Shown: positions 1 to 14,642 of the stretch, piece by piece
Layout: the number at the start of each line of letters is the position of its first letter
Position numbering within the stretch: the stretch's first letter is position 1
Assembly (NCBI RefSeq): GCF_018977255.1
Contig: NW_024704746.1
Span: forward strand, 6,014,001 to 6,078,000
Length of the DNA: 64,000 nt
Reading direction: 5' to 3'
Source of the DNA: Callorhinchus milii
Taxonomy: Eukaryota
Made by a program: the position numbers and the translations under genes
Notes under the pieces: generated by a model
The model's input: only the letters and a program-made list of their open reading frames with translations
What the model was told of the DNA's origin: nothing
Database searches by the model: none

Positions 1-2313
1 GGTATTGTTGACCATAAGTAGTGAAACTTGCTTCTCTTTTCAATCAGTGGAATGGGATCTTTAATATCCACCTGAACAGGCAGATGAGGATACTTGCTGG
101 CCCTGAAACCAAACTCCCATTATCTTGGGATCTTTAACTTATTCGTGAAAAACGGGCAAAAGGGACCTCGGTTTAATGTTTTGTCCAAAAGATGGCAAGT
201 TCCCCATTGTTGCCTTGACCATGTGTTTGAGTTATGATACAGTGCTTGAACCTTAAACTGACCCCAGATGTGAGTGCTTCCCAGGCTGAACCAACAGAAG
301 ACAGTTGAAGCAGCTGTAGAGACAACTGGTCTAGAATGCCTCACCAGGCCACGCTGCTGAGGAGGAGTTGGGAGAAAAACAGTAGAAAAATATACATTAA
401 CAAACACAAAAGAAATTCTAAGAACTCTCTTTCTTCTTCTTTGCTTGCCATCCATCACCATGCATTTTTTCCTGAGTGAGAAAACATTCTTCCTTCCAAT
501 TCTGTTTCTGATTTTTTTTCACGTAATCTGTCAAAGCATGATTTCCATATTTCTCATTCAGAATAATAGTTTCTTATGAAAAACACCTATATAAAATAAT
601 TTGTTTTTCTTGTATGTTTGGCAAGTGGGGATGTTGGTGTTAGGAAATGAAAAACTTTTCTGACTTTGAACACCAACTGTCAACAGAGTACTCTCAGTCT
701 GGTTAATGCAAAGCTAAGCTCCTTCTGTCCAACAATGTTTCAACCCCAGTCTAGGAGAAGGAACCCATTCCTGCACTATGAGCATTTTCCAATTCTTACA
801 CCAGATGTCCTTCAAGCCTTTCTCAGTTACAGTGCTCATCAGCTTGGCCCTTAGAGTTACTTAAGTCAGCCAGTCAATGAACATCTTTTAATAGTTCATG
901 TTTGTTGACTCTCAACTCAACTCTTTGAAATGCTACTGCTATAACCTTAATAATTTCACACTACACTTTAAAGGGACACAAGTTGTGAAAAACGTTTTGA
1001 TGGAAACCGCTTAAGTGTTCCTGTGAAACAGATGTAACACCAGCACGTCTCTACTACTGTGGTTGAGTTGATAATGATCTGATTGGGACACGGTCCTGTT
1101 TCTAAACTGCTGTGTATGGAAACCGTTTGTAATAATGGTACTACAAAGAGATACATAAAAGGCAGACATTGGTAAACACTTAGTTGCAGTCCATATTTTA
1201 TGACCATGTAAATCGTTGCTTTAACGTACCTTAATATTGAAAGAAATCTGGAACACGTGTTGCATACAATCATAGACACAGTATATGACATAGAGAAAGC
1301 CATTCGATTGTTTTTCTTTTATCCTCTAATTCCCATTCTCAGCATTTTGCTATCCGGTCATTCAGAAGTCCTGGAGAAGTGTAAATAAGCATTAAACTTG
1401 TGGCAGAACAAATCTTCAAGTCAAAATACCTGGATTCTTCAAACAGCGGTACACACAGCAATAAGATTACAGGAAAGATTGTCCTTTCTCATAGTTCTTT
1501 GTGAAAGATACTTGTAACACACATTGATAAAACACTGGAAAATGCTTCTTGTTCTGCTGTTTCAGAATTCTTCAGAACCCAGGGCTTTAGAGTCGAAAGT
1601 ATCCAACTGCCCTACCAATAAATCTATCAAATTATTTCCATATATGTACAGCAGGCAGGTAGAAAGATGAAGGAACAGTGGGAGGGAGATCATAGATGAA
1701 AGTGATAGCAGATGAATGGATGGGAAGGAGGGAGGCAGACACACTGAGGGAGAACATCCCATTTTATCCAATAAGCACTCAGCTGAACACAAGGCACCCA
1801 TTATCGGGCCTTATAATTGCTTTTCATTGTAATGTTCATTTCTAGCTGGATGAGTCTTCTGTTGTCTGCATTTTGATTTGAAATTTTTGTGAAGTAAAAA
1901 CAAAAAGGCTGTATTTTTGATGGTGTCACAGAGACTGATGCACCTCAGTCAGAGACTAGATGCATCTCTGTCAGATAGTGATGGACCTGCTGTGCATTTC
2001 CAGAAGTTTATTATTTCAGGTTTCTAGCATTTGCTTTCTTGTTTTATCTCCACACTTCTTATGAAACCCTGTTGACTGCAGTCGGTTGACATATTACAGG
2101 GTTTGACAGTTGGATCTTCCTTTGAGGGCTCCCTCGAAAAATAAAGTCAATGGATCAAAAAATAAATTAAGCATGTTTTAGAACAAAGAGGTACAAAGAA
2201 TGCACTTTAAAATAAGTACAGAATTGCTCTGTACAAACTGAAAGGATTAACCACAAGCACCAGTTAGTAGAATAAAGGATTTGTCTTGACATACTGATAT
2301 GTTTCCATTTCAG

Positions 2314-2398
2314 GACCATCTCTTGCTACCAGCCATCAGCCATAATAAGACCAGCAAACCAAAGATGTCTCTTGTACTTCCAGCAATGAACATTGATG
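2314..2398 (+). CDS. ATF6: ATF6 penultimate coding exon (ER-luminal domain)
   Basis: Acceptor tttcag|GAC, donor G|gtgagt, 85 nt. Translates [28 protein letters not shown], matching the conserved ATF6-family luminal motif DHLLLPA..HNKT..PKMS.V.PA. Not in the ORF track because it has no start codon. Confidence 0.93.
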
Positions 2399-5300
2399 GT
2401 GAGTAATTATTTTTAAAAGGTGAAAACCCAGATGGATTTCAGATGCCTTCCTTTGGGAATGAATAGATTTGTAGAGCTGGATAAAAGCTGTTTATTCTGC
2501 ATTGAATTTGGAATGAAACCAGTTCTTATGAAGTTCAGTACTTAACTAATTAGTGATTACAAGGCACATTGTTTGTGACCGAGAAGCAATTTTGTTGGTG
2601 GAAGAGTGCCCAACAATGCAGTCACACGGTATTATTAGTGATACGAGTATCAAACACCATATATTCATGTGAGCACCTGACTATTCTTGAAGCAAATACT
2701 GTCTACAGATCAGATTAACTTGTGCTGGACAGTGGGTTTATTATTATTTGCAGGATTATAAGTAACATTTGGTAAATGTATGGAAAAATTAACCATGCAA
2801 GTTACATATTCTCTAAAAAAGTAAAATGGCAGATGGACATTTTTGTACAATAATCAGAGGGTTATTTTAATAACAATTATACATGCATTTGATTGAATCT
2901 TACCAAATTGAAACATCTCAAAGAATTTCATGAAACAATTCAACTGTATAACGTGACTAAATTGTGTGAATCTAATCTATTATATCATTGGGTCCAAAAA
3001 TGGAGAACACAAATCAGGCCAACTGACTAGCTGGTTGACTAATCTTTAAAAAAAAAAGCAAGTTTGCAGGTTGTCAGGATATCAATAACTTCTTCCTGCA
3101 TGTGTACTATGTGCAGAAAGCACCACTGACATTCATTCACAAAAATATGGTGACCTGGAAAAAGGACTAGCAATCATTTTTTCTATGAGCCTAATATAAG
3201 GCAATGAGAGAATAATATAAGGCAAGAGAGAATCTAAGCTTTTAATCTACTTTCATTTATACAAAATGATAAATTGGTGTTTCCCGCCACAACGTAAAAA
3301 CTTAACATTACTTCTAGCAGTCATAAGAAGTCCTGCTGATTTCTTGCCCAACCATTCTCTTAATAGTCTTTATGGTTTAATCTTTTGTTTGTTTTCTGAT
3401 ATGTTTTTGATTGAACAGTGAATCCTAGGGTGCAGTTGGCTCAACACTTTGAAGAAACTAAATTAACTCATGCTGTTAAACTGAAGCAATTGCTGAAGCA
3501 AACTGTGTTAACTGTCTCTGTAGGATGTTTCTTCAGCTTGTAGTCTGACTCATAACTACTCCCCAATGATTTTGGAACAAAAAAAAATTCCCAAAACAGC
3601 TCAGTTATAGGGGAAAAATGTTTAAAGCCAATGACATTGCTATGAAATTGCTTTAGATTTGATCAATCTGGAACCCATAGATTTTTTAAATCAGCAGCAA
3701 TAGCTCTACTGATTAGTATCCACGGGGTTCCTCGTAGGGTCATGATTAAAAATAATCATTGCATTTGATATAGCGCCTTATCATGTCTTTGAGACGTCTC
3801 AAAGCGCTTCACAGAATATGCTGTAAAGTGAATTGACTGTATATTTTGCAGGATTCAGTAGGGAAATTTTAGATTTATATAACTTGTAAATAAATTATGT
3901 ATAATTTATTTTATATAAATGAATTTTGTTGTTTCAACATATGTGCCCACTCCACTAACCTATCAATATCTACCTGTAGGTTCCTGCATCCTTTATCATT
4001 ATTAAGAGCATCTCCAAACTTAGGATCAGGCTCAAATTTAAATCATTGATCTGTGTGTATACATAAAGAACTGGTGAGGTCCTAATACTGAGCCTTAAGG
4101 CCAATCAGAAAAGCATCTCTTAACTCCTGCTTTCAGCCACCTGTCTGAAGACCACATGATCCCAGAGGGACAGTCAACCCCATCCCACTTTTGAATACTT
4201 CCTTGCCCTCACTTTCACAACACTGTCGGTGGAGAAAACCTGACAGCATGTTTATCATCTACTCTCAAAGTTGCATTGCATGAGAAGAAAATGCCATAGG
4301 GAGATGCTGTTTTTTTCCCTTTGTCCATTTGCTTTGTACATAATACATTATGTTGGATTCTTCCAGAGAGGAAAAGGAAGGTTTCCAAGGACCATTGAAA
4401 TTAATTATGGTTCAAGATATTTAATTCGATTAGTCAGTCCTGAGAGCCACAGCTCAAGGGTTATGGTTATGAATGCTTGATTCTCTCTACATGCTACATC
4501 TGATTTGAAGTCTGTTGAAATTTAGGTCAAGTAGGTGCCTCTTCAACTGTAATTTGAAATATTGCCAGTTTAATTGTAGTTAATAAAAGACGTATCAAAA
4601 AAGCGAACTTTGTTCTGCTTTCGTGAGGATCTGCTGATCATTAGCAACTGTCAAAATGATTTTTTTTATAATGAGTTGAATTTTCAAGTATTCCTCAATA
4701 AAGTTAACTGAAGGTTTTTGAAGGCAATGAGAAAAATACAAGGGAAAGTGGTTTTGGAAGAGTTTTTAAACCACAGACACATGGTTGCTGAAGGCTCAGA
4801 ACAGATGGAGCGAAGGGAATAGGAAACAAGTAATAGACCAGAGCTGGAAGAGCAGGTGGGACCGGGAGGCTGGCAAGGAAAACATTGGACAAATCTCTGT
4901 TCAAGTTAGAGTGAATGAGAGTTTCAGTAGAAGTGGAAGGTGGAGTATTATTGGGTCATTTTACGGATGTGGAAGAAGGCAGTTCTGGCCGTAAACCAGA
5001 TGTGGAGTTTGAAACTCAGTTCAGGATCAATCAGATGTAATGCTGACTACAGGTTTCCCTTGAGCAGATGTCTGTAAGACAGTGCATACCATTGTAAGAC
5101 TCTTCTCAGCCTTCAACATCAAAAGCTTCCCTTGTGTTTTTCTGATTTTATACTTAATTCAGAGAAAGTTTGATGACTTGTAGAAAAATGTATTGTCTAA
5201 CTCCCAAGCAAGCAAATTATCCCATGGATAATTTCTGTTGTATTTCTGCCTGTAGCTCCATCAGACTTGCATGCTTATTTGTAAATATAGTTATGCAGAC

Positions 5301-8145
5301 TTGCATGATAATATTTGTATTCTTCAATAATAACAAATAGAAGACAGTGAGATTGTTCCACAATTCAAGGTCCACAAAACATTTTTCAGTGCAATACTAA
5401 TTTTATGATGCATGGCAATGTTGCTGTTATGAATCTGATACTGTAAATATTGATTTTGATTCCAGTCAGATCACTGTGTCGTCTGTTTGCAGTCATTACA
5501 GCATGTCCATTTCATGTTTCTGAGACTGTGTGATAGATGTTAAGCCAAAGTCTTCATTTTTCCTCTGACTTGTCACACAACCAGTAATACTTTAATGAAA
5601 CCCCTTTTTCAGCTCTGCTGCTAAGAAATTTCTGTTAAATTCAAATAGATTTTCGGTTGACTAAAGTTAGCATGACTGATAACAAGAAATAAACGTACAC
5701 TTTTTTTATTCATTTCCCTTGCAAGTTCCTGCCAAACTTGTGCAAACATGACTGTGAGGCTATATTTCCTCCAAAGGCAGAAGGTTTGCTTGCTGAATAG
5801 TTCGCAGAGGAAATGCTCAACTCTTTTAGTTAAGGTGTTTTATAGATCCCTTGTTATTCAGTTGGTCTTTTAACTGGATTTGATGTGACATTCCACTTGA
5901 CACAGTTTGGTTCTATATTCCTTTGCAGTTTGTATTTTATTTTTTAAATGTAGCACAGAGTGGGGGAGAAGATATTTTGTATCCTTCCTGTCTCTTCTCC
6001 CCGCACCAAATACTAACTCACTTGAATAGAACCTACTCCCAAGGTTAAAGATGGTCTTACATTCTAATTTCTTGTAGCTTGAATCTTCCAGTTCCAAATC
6101 CACTTGTATCTGTTATACAGATTGAACTGTTCAGGATTTTTGTTTTGGCCATCCAGGTGAAGGAAACATTTGGGAACCCATTCCTGTGTTTGAGTATTTA
6201 AACCAGACTGCTATGAACCAGCTATGAAACCCATACCCATTGGGGCTTTTGCTTACAGGCTTAATAGGAGCAGGAAGAATCCCTCCGTAGTATTTGGTCT
6301 GCTCTGCTAAATCCAATCAATGAGCCCGGTTGGCTGGTCTGTCATCAGCAATGCCTGGAGTCCTGGACTCACCGAGCTCAGGAATTAAACTACTGAGACT
6401 GACGCAGAGGATTGACTCAATCCTGACATTCTGTTGCCAAGCATATCACCTGAAAACCAGTTCAACTCCAAACAGACCCTGCTTTTCTCTTCCTCCCAAC
6501 ACCCCACCCCCTGATGGATAGTGCTAGTTGGTCATTTGACATCTGACAAGAGCAGGTTTAAGCCCTCAAAAGATGAATGACAGGTACCAGAAACTCCCTG
6601 CAAAGCTTCCTGGTGAACAGCATAGCTAAGCCTGAAGTGCTTGAGAACATTGGCCCTGTCCTCCATTGCGTTTTTCAATTAAATGAAAATAGGTGCGTAT
6701 ATTTTCTTCATCTATTGCCTTCCAGTAGTGTGGGTTTAAAAAAAGTGTTTAAAATTGAGCAGAAGAAAAGTGTGTCCTTTGCTTATGTAGTTGGAGGGAA
6801 GCCCGGGAGTTGGAGAGATCACTGTGATTGTTGAACTTTGCCAGCGTCCTTATCCCTGTATCTGCCTCCAGTTGCTTTCATGTAAGTAACCTCCTTGTTG
6901 GCTGCCAGCCAGCCAGCATTGAAACTTCAAGTTAAAAATCAGTCTTGGCTGTTGTATTCAAAGGCAGGATTTAGACTAGACAAAGTAGAGAGACTGCATA
7001 TGTTTGCCAGCCTGAAAACATGCTAAATGTTAACAATGCTACAATCCAAATGTCCCACATTATAAACACAGGATCCCGATAGAGCTTTTCTTGCTTTATT
7101 TGTAAATAGAGAGGTACAGATTATGCAGCAATAGCTAAAGTGCACTCTGTCAAGTTGAACCTGTGTGTGTTGGCTACAGAGTCTTGTGTTTATGACCTCA
7201 TTATGCTCACATCCATATCCAAAATGCAATCAGAGTGTAATTGTAATGTTTCCACTGTAGGACAGCTTTACCAGTAAAAGAAATGACTATTCAGGTTGAT
7301 TTGTATTTTTTTTAAAATTTGTAATTCTTGTTGAATAAAACTGCTTATCTCACTCATATAGGAAAATTGGCTTGTAAGTTGACAAATTTATGGTATATTT
7401 CCACTGGCCTGGTCAATTTGCCTGATTTGCTTTTCTTGGCATTATTCAAAAAAAGAATGGAAAAATTATTTCAAAACTAAGCACCAGTCTGTTTCAGCCC
7501 CTATTTGCTTCAGTAAACAACATGTCCTAAGAAAATAGAAGAAAAAACATTTCCCTATTTACATATCAACCACCCCAAACATTGTGTTTAAGAACATTCC
7601 TTCACCCCTACTTCACGCCCAATGCTCGGGTCCTGACCCCTGACTGTCCAGCACCTTGGGACGTCCTCCCGACGTGAAAGGCACTCTATAAATGTAATTT
7701 TATTGTTGTTGTTCTCCCAACCTGTGTCAAAATGGCTCTCTCATGGACTATGAAGAATATCCTCCCTCCTATGGTGTTTATCTGTCCACATTGCTCAGTC
7801 TCATCAGCAACTTTTACAATCTTAGAATATACTATTCTTTATAATTGTAATAATAATCTTGGAATCTTAATTTTGGAGTGATTCTTCCAATTCAGTTTGA
7901 ATGGTTTGGACAGCAATAGACTCACAACAGAATAGTTGCCATTAATTCTGCTAGCTTTCATATTTTATTTAGAAGTCTTAATAATAATAATCCTTGCATT
8001 TCACGTCTTCTTGACGTCTCAAAGCGCTTCACAGAATAGACTGTAAAGTGAATTGACTGTATATTTGTGGGTGAAAAGTCTTGAACTTCGAACTTGAAGT
8101 TATCAAATAATTCCCCTGATTTGTAAGGATTGCCTCTTTGATACA

Positions 8146-8470
8146 ATAACAACAACAAATTAGTGTCTTATACATCGGGAGGATGTCCTAATGAGCTGAA
8201 CAATCAGGGATTTTGACCCGAGCTGGGGTTTGGGAATAGGAGGGGTGGAGGGCAGGGAGGGTAGGGTTATGAAGGTGACCAAAGGCGCGGTCGAAGAGGA
8301 GGGTTTTGAGACGGACCTTGAATGTGGAAAGAGACAGAGCAAGGCAAAGGGACTGTTGGATGGAGTTCCAAAGGGTTGGGGTAAGATAGTCATGGAGCTC
8401 AGTGTGGAAGAGAACACGGGCTGCAGAGTTCTGAATGATCTGCAGCTTGTGGAGGGAAGAGTTTGCAAGG
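8146..8470 (-). mobile_element. L2 3' fragment
   Basis: Reverse complement matches the L2 3' region (ctccacaagctgcagatcattcagaactctgcagcc; tail ..ttgttgttgtt). Confidence 0.75.
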
Positions 8471-9345
8471 CTTTACCAGTTCATTATCATTATGGGGAGA
8501 CATTCCCTACTTTTCCTCCAAATTTTGTCTAATGCCTTAAAGTCTAACTGTCGCATTTGTTTTGTCCCCAAAGCAGTTTCCTAACCTATGACCTTACAGT
8601 CTATATGGCTTAGCGTGCATAGATACCTTTACCCTTAGGACATCCAGAAAGCTGTAATAGCTTATGTAATGTTATTGAGTTTGTTTTCAGTATGCACTTG
8701 GCAGTTCAACTTGTTGAATTGTGCATTCAGAATTTTTACCAGAGCTTAAAACCACAGCTCTTTCAAAGAGCACATTCCTTGCCAGTGTGAGTTCAGACAT
8801 ACTGTGGCATTTAGATTTTAAGGCATTAGAACTCCCGAAATTCATCTTTCGATAAAGTCAAAACAGGATTGAGTCCAGTGAAGCAGAGCAGTCAGATTTG
8901 TGGGTGAATAACTAATAGATGTAAGAAAAGATCCAATGTAAGAGACACAGCCAGAAAGATAACTCAAAATCTATTCAAAGTGAAAACCCTGGGGTTGAGC
9001 TGAAAAAATTGTAAAATTTGGTCTGGAATTAGTTTTCCCTCTGCCAGGGACAGAGTTGCAGCTCTGTTGACCTTATTACTGTTGATAGAAATATGTTGAT
9101 AGCCTGAGTTCAGAGGTGCAAGTTGCTGCACACAGTATATTTTCCACGCTTATTAACTTAATACGTTTAATTTGCTTGTGAAGTGAGAGGTGTCAATGCT
9201 GGAGAACGAAACTCTCTTTCACTTTTGGCATCCAATATCATTTGCTCTAGCACAGACTAAATGTAATCTTTCTGCTTGTCTTACCACAACCTCAGAAATA
9301 TGTTGCTTGCTTACTATCCTAATAACTTTAGGATAGTAAAGTTTT

Positions 9346-9663
9346 GTGGAGTCCTATAGCTCAGTGGTTAGAGCACTTGCTTTGCAAGTGAGAGACCCGA
9401 GTTCAATTCCAGGCAGAGGGCGAAACCTTGGGCAAGTTTCCTTACTCCACACGCCTAATAATAATCCCTCAAAAAAAAACAATAATAAATTGGTCATTTT
9501 CAATCCACGACTGTTTGTGGGACATTGCTGTGCGCAATTGGCTGCTGCGTTTGCCCACAAATTTACAGTCAATTCACTTTACCGTGTGTTCTGTGAAGCG
9601 CTTTGGGATGTCCTCCCGACGTGAAAAGCGCTATATCAAATGCAAGGATTATTATTATTATAT
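9346..9663 (+). mobile_element. Full-length tRNA-derived SINE, short subfamily
   Basis: A box TAGCTCAGTGG, B box GAGTTCAATTCC, TTTGCAA anticodon-like loop; 3' tail ...gggatgtcctcccgacgtgaaaagcgctatatcaaatgcaagg(att)n. Confidence 0.9.
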
Positions 9664-10569
9664 AACTTTTGAGGGAAGTTAACAATCAGGATGAACTGTT
9701 GGAACTGAGGTAAAACCACCCCCAAATTCATTTCACATATAACCCCCCACAGCTAGCAGAAAGAGTCTGATCCTGTCAGTTGAGTAAGAAATTCAAGTCC
9801 CAGCAGTTAAAAGCATAGGGTGCTTCAAAGTCCTGCACAATTCATTTTCCTTCATGAAGAATCATTTTAAATGATTCTAAATAATAATAATCCTTCCATT
9901 CGATGTCATGTCATCAAGACATTTGAAAGCGCTTCACAGGATAAACTGTAAAGTACATTCACTGTGTATTTTGGGGGCAAAACGCAGCAGCCAGTTTGCA
10001 CACAGCAATGTCGCATTCCAGCCATGGAGTGAGTGACCAATTTGGGGGATTCATCACTCGCTCCATGGCTGTACTTAGGAATACTAGGTGAATCTCCAGA
10101 ATTCCTTACTTTAATAAGCACAAAATGAGTGGAAATATATACAGTATTTGGGAGCTATTGAGGAGGGGAATAGAAAAAGAGTTGTAGTTTTCAAACATCT
10201 GATATAAAGTTTATCCACATTTCTATTTTTTGGGGTTATAATTGTGTGCAGAATCACAGCAGTATGAACGCAGTAATGCGTGCAGCTATAAATTTAAATA
10301 CAAGTATTAAAATATGTTTGAAAATTTAGATTTTGAACAAGCAGCTGTTGCAGATTTTTTTGGAGGCTGGGGATACTTTTATCATCAAAGCAGCTGATGT
10401 TGGCGTGAATGGAACATGATCTTGTAACAAAACACACCTTCAAAAAAGACTGCGATGCAATGGTATGATCAATTTTCAGAGGTCTCTACTGTACTGTGAG
10501 AGAACTGGTACCTCTCTATATATTCTGGGTGAACCTAATCATAACCACAATATCTCTTTTGGTTTGATC

Positions 10570-10850
10570 AGCAGGGTGTCTTGACAGATGTGAAAAATCA
10601 TGTTTAAGGGTATCCAAGCCAAACTGAGAGTCATGTATGCCATATATGTAAGCCACCTACACATGGAAAGGAATGGAATGTGCACTTTCTCCCTGGAGGC
10701 ACACACCTGCTTACCTAATTCCGTAGAGTATAAGTGTTTGGTTAGTAAGAGCCAAGGCTTCAGGGTACCAGCGTGCATTTGGGCACTGTTGAAACCAACT
10801 GAAACTGCACAGCTTACAATTGAGAACATTGCCTGGAAAGTTGTTATTTT
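10570..10850 (+). repeat. Unclassified old dispersed repeat (copy 1 of 3)
   Basis: Shares ccacctacaca..gaatgtgcactttctccctggagg..tgcttacctaattcc..attgagaacattgcct with 29045-29310(+) and 32300-32600(-). Confidence 0.7.
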
Positions 10851-11249
10851 TTATGATATAAATAATACAATAGTTCAGCTGCTCCAGAATGAGCTATGGG
10901 TTCAAATTCAAGTGACTCTTACATTGGGAACAGATTTTTAGTAAATATATTTCATTCAACTACATTTGTCAGCACTATGTAATGTTCTTTGAGCACAATG
11001 TTTGGGGTGGTTGATATGTAACTATGTTGTGTATTGAAACTCTTTCCAGTCAGTTAGGCTTCCCTAAGACCACTCATAATCCTTCACTTTGTAGTACTCC
11101 AGGAGTATTTTTTTCAAACAGGTATCATTTCCACTGTAAAATTATTGGAAAAACTTTTCTGATCTTTTTACTGTCTGTAGAATGCTTCAGGGACTCTTTC
11201 GAAAACACTTTGAAAGATAAATCCAACTTTCTCACCTTATCCTGTAAAA

Positions 11250-11604
11250 GTGAGAGGACCCTTGTTCGATTCCCGGGCAGGGCAAAATGTTAGGCAAGTT
11301 TCCTTACTCCACGTGCCTCTGTTTACCTAGGAGTAAATGGGAACCCGGTTGTTAGTCAATTACTGGATTGCTTTCCAGGAGTAATAATTGCTTCAAAAAA
11401 AAATTTTTTAAATGATAATTTGGTCACTGAATCCACAGCTGTTTGTGGGACACTGCTGTGCAGTGTTATTAAAGTTATTAAAGCTACCATCTTTCACCCA
11501 TAAAATATAGTCAATTCACTTTGCAGTATATTCTGAAGCGTTTGAGACATCTCAACGACGTGATAAGGCGCTATATCAAATGCAAGGATTACTATTATTA
11601 TTAT
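11250..11604 (+). mobile_element. tRNA-derived SINE, long subfamily (partial head)
   Basis: B box GTTCGATTCC, then gcaagtttccttactccac, an extra segment gcctctgtttacctag..gtaaat absent from the short subfamily, and the shared tail. Confidence 0.85.
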
Positions 11605-14600
11605 TTAAAGTTAATCTTTCCAGCCAAGGGTAACCTCCTGTACCAGTTTAGGCACTGAGTATCGATTGGTTATTTGACTGTGGCAGATATAAAGGTAGAG
11701 CCCAATCCTGACCTTGACTCAAATGTCCGGTTAGGTTCTTTGTCAGCAGTAGCTGAACAGTGGGCAGGAGTGGGTTAGGGTGACTCACTGTCATTCCTTG
11801 TGCATAAGTGCTTAGCTTTCACCTCCCTTGAGAAATGAGAAGAGATCTTGGTCTCACTGTGTGGGAAATAGTGGTTTTGAATCTGATCCACTGAAAAATA
11901 AAAGTCACAAGATTGCAATTTATCTGTTTTTTTCAAAACCATGATCCATTGTCTGGCAGCTGAATGATGGTGTGTGTGTTGCTGACTGGGACGAATTGAA
12001 TTGAGCTTGACTGACTTAACTTCAGGCAGCTCTGTGACATAAAGGCATCCATCCAGCAGAGTCATGTATCCTCACCATCTTCCTTGTATTTATCAATACA
12101 ATTTTGTACAGCTGTTTTGGCTTCAGAAATACTCCAGAGAAGATTCCCACATTCTTGTTTGTGAGCCTTTCTCTTGATAACATGACAGATTTAGAGTAAA
12201 CTTAATGTTTTAGGTTTTTTAGAAACAAATACAGTAGCCATCCTAATTATCAGACAGCTGTAAAACATGTCTATTCAGAACATCAAATTGGAACATTTGG
12301 TGACAACTCCTGAATTTCCCAAGTTCATCCCAGAGCAGAGTGGTGCTTCACAGGGGCATTTTATGCCAGTGTTCTATTGCACTTTCATCGATAATGAGAT
12401 GAAAAGTATTACTAGCTCGGAGATCTTTTCCATTGTAACAAAAAGATATTCCTCATCATTGGATACCATTTTAATCGTCTAAAAATGAGCATGGGAAGTA
12501 ACTGACTGTCTTTATACCCATGATACTTGTTGGAATATTCAAAAACTTTAATAACTTATTGAAGGTGAGTATGCAATACGTTTAAATTGTATCTGCCTGT
12601 CCACAAGGGATGTTTCACAAGTGCAGATTTTTAGAATCATAGAAAATTTACTGCACAGAAAGAGGCGATTCAGCTCATTGTGTCTAAGCTGATGCCAATT
12701 TTATTGTTGAATCTGGTAATTTGCTTTTACCCATACCCTTTAATACGGTTTTCTTAAGTATTTATCCAATTTCTTTTTTACGTGATGTTCAGTGCTCAGC
12801 TTCAAGAACCATTTATGTTAAAGCAGTCTTCACTCTTCGAGCCTTCTTTGTAATCTTGTAATCATAAAGTTCTTGCACTGCCATGAATCTTGTATTCAGC
12901 ACACCCTCTGCACCAAATAGAAATGTGTTCCCTTTATAGAGATGAAGTCAGTGTAAAGTGGGGCTGGCACAATGAATCGCACCATTAAAATCCATTTGAC
13001 AATCATCAAGGGTACAAAAATCAGCATTTTAACGTTTTATCTCCACTATTTGTCTGTTATCCCCTCTCTTTGTCATTCAGAAATAGATATAAATAGAAGT
13101 GGTTTCGTTGGAAATCCAATGAAATATTTATATGTCTTTGAAGCTCGAAATTTTTTCTCAGAGAGATTGAATTGATTTTACTTTCCCTTGGATTATGAAT
13201 CGTAGCATTCAGAATTGAAATGACTTGTACTTCTTGTGAAAAAAATGGTATAAGGGAAGTTCTGCAGTTCATCATCTCAGTTTCAAAACCAGCTGCTTTG
13301 AGTTTTTCGTGCGACAATGAAAGCATGTTTGGTAAGGTAGCCAAGATCAGTCAGTTGGTCCTCTCCTAGTCCCAGTGGACAAACCCTGGGAAAGAGACCT
13401 CCTAAGGTGGTGGTTGTTTTGACTTGGTACTTGCTGATCTGATTTGGGGCCATACTTTCTGACAAGTATTCCCATCTGATTGGATTTTGGCAGCTGCTTT
13501 CTCAGAGGATGTTGAGTCAAACCATTTATCATTTCCTGGTTTTCAGGCTCTTTTGGGAATCAAATTTATACTCCTTAACCCTTAACCACAATGGACTCTG
13601 GAAGTCCAGAGGTTTATGTTAGCCGGACTGACATGTTTACACATTGCTCGCAAGTGTTGATGATGGTAATCGTGTTTAGGTCTTTTGCAAGTTTCTGGTT
13701 TCCCTCTAAATAATACAAGCTGTTTGTGTACACTTGCTTTAAACCAGGGTTGTTTTTTAGTCTGTCTGTGCAAGGAAATGTTAAAGAATAATAATCAGAC
13801 TGCAGCATTCTTCAGAGTGGGGTGGAGGGAAATAGTCTTAGAAGTTTTAAACCATCTGGGAAATTTATCATTGCTGTATATTTTAGTTTGTTGAATGGTT
13901 CACATACTATTTTGTGGTTGTGCATTCAGTGAATGCAGTATTGTGCATTGATAGAATGAATTGGATATATTGGCTTACTGATGTATAATGGTGCAATAAT
14001 GTGGTGCATTTAAAGATGGGTAATTTACGGGTGGTTAAGCAGGGATGTGTATGCCTTGCTTTGCTTTGTGTTGGATTCAACCCTATTCTTATTAAGTGAA
14101 GCTTGCTGAATGAGCTGTATTGGGTAGAGATTTTCTTACTTGGAAAACTGTGGGATTGAGCAGGTGTAACTGAAGGGAAGTTGGCTCTTGGAGATCGTGG
14201 TACAAGTCTATGCTAGTGAAAAGTGGAAGCTTTTCACATGTTGCTGGGAGTTCAGGTACTTATCATTGAGAGAGACAGACTACTAGCTTGTTGCTGGTTT
14301 TATTGCAGCCTCTTGAGGCTAAGAGTGTTGATGTGACTGGGGTTCATCTGAGTTCCTTCTGGTGCTCTTTAGAGAATCTGTAAAACCCAGGGTTACTTCA
14401 AGTTTACCTTTCCATTTCTATTACTGTATGAAACTTTACAATTTAGCTTTGAGTAAAAATAAATTAAAAGAACCCACAGAAACAGTTGCAGAATTTCTTT
14501 TCTTTTCACCAACTTGTAAATCATCTGATATCCAGATAAGGATGTGGCAGTTATTGGAGGTTAATGACTGGATTGAAGGGGGAAAAAGTCCTGGTTGTTT

Positions 14601-14642
14601 TCCTCATTTCCTTTTACAATCAACTTCCCTTAGGAATGCTTT

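Noticed and set aside
3192-3232. Short direct duplication of about 21 bp (a similar one lies at 57457-57499)
   Set aside because: Ordinary slippage duplications with no further structure.
9348-9420. tRNA-Ala(TGC)-like sequence (also at 32215-32288 and 30750-30819)
   Set aside because: No proper acceptor stem and continuous with a SINE body; it is a SINE head, not a tRNA gene.
9428-9682. Recurrent ORFs ending [27 protein letters not shown] (also 31952, 62595, 63212)
   Set aside because: Translations of the SINE 3' tail, not a repeated protein family.
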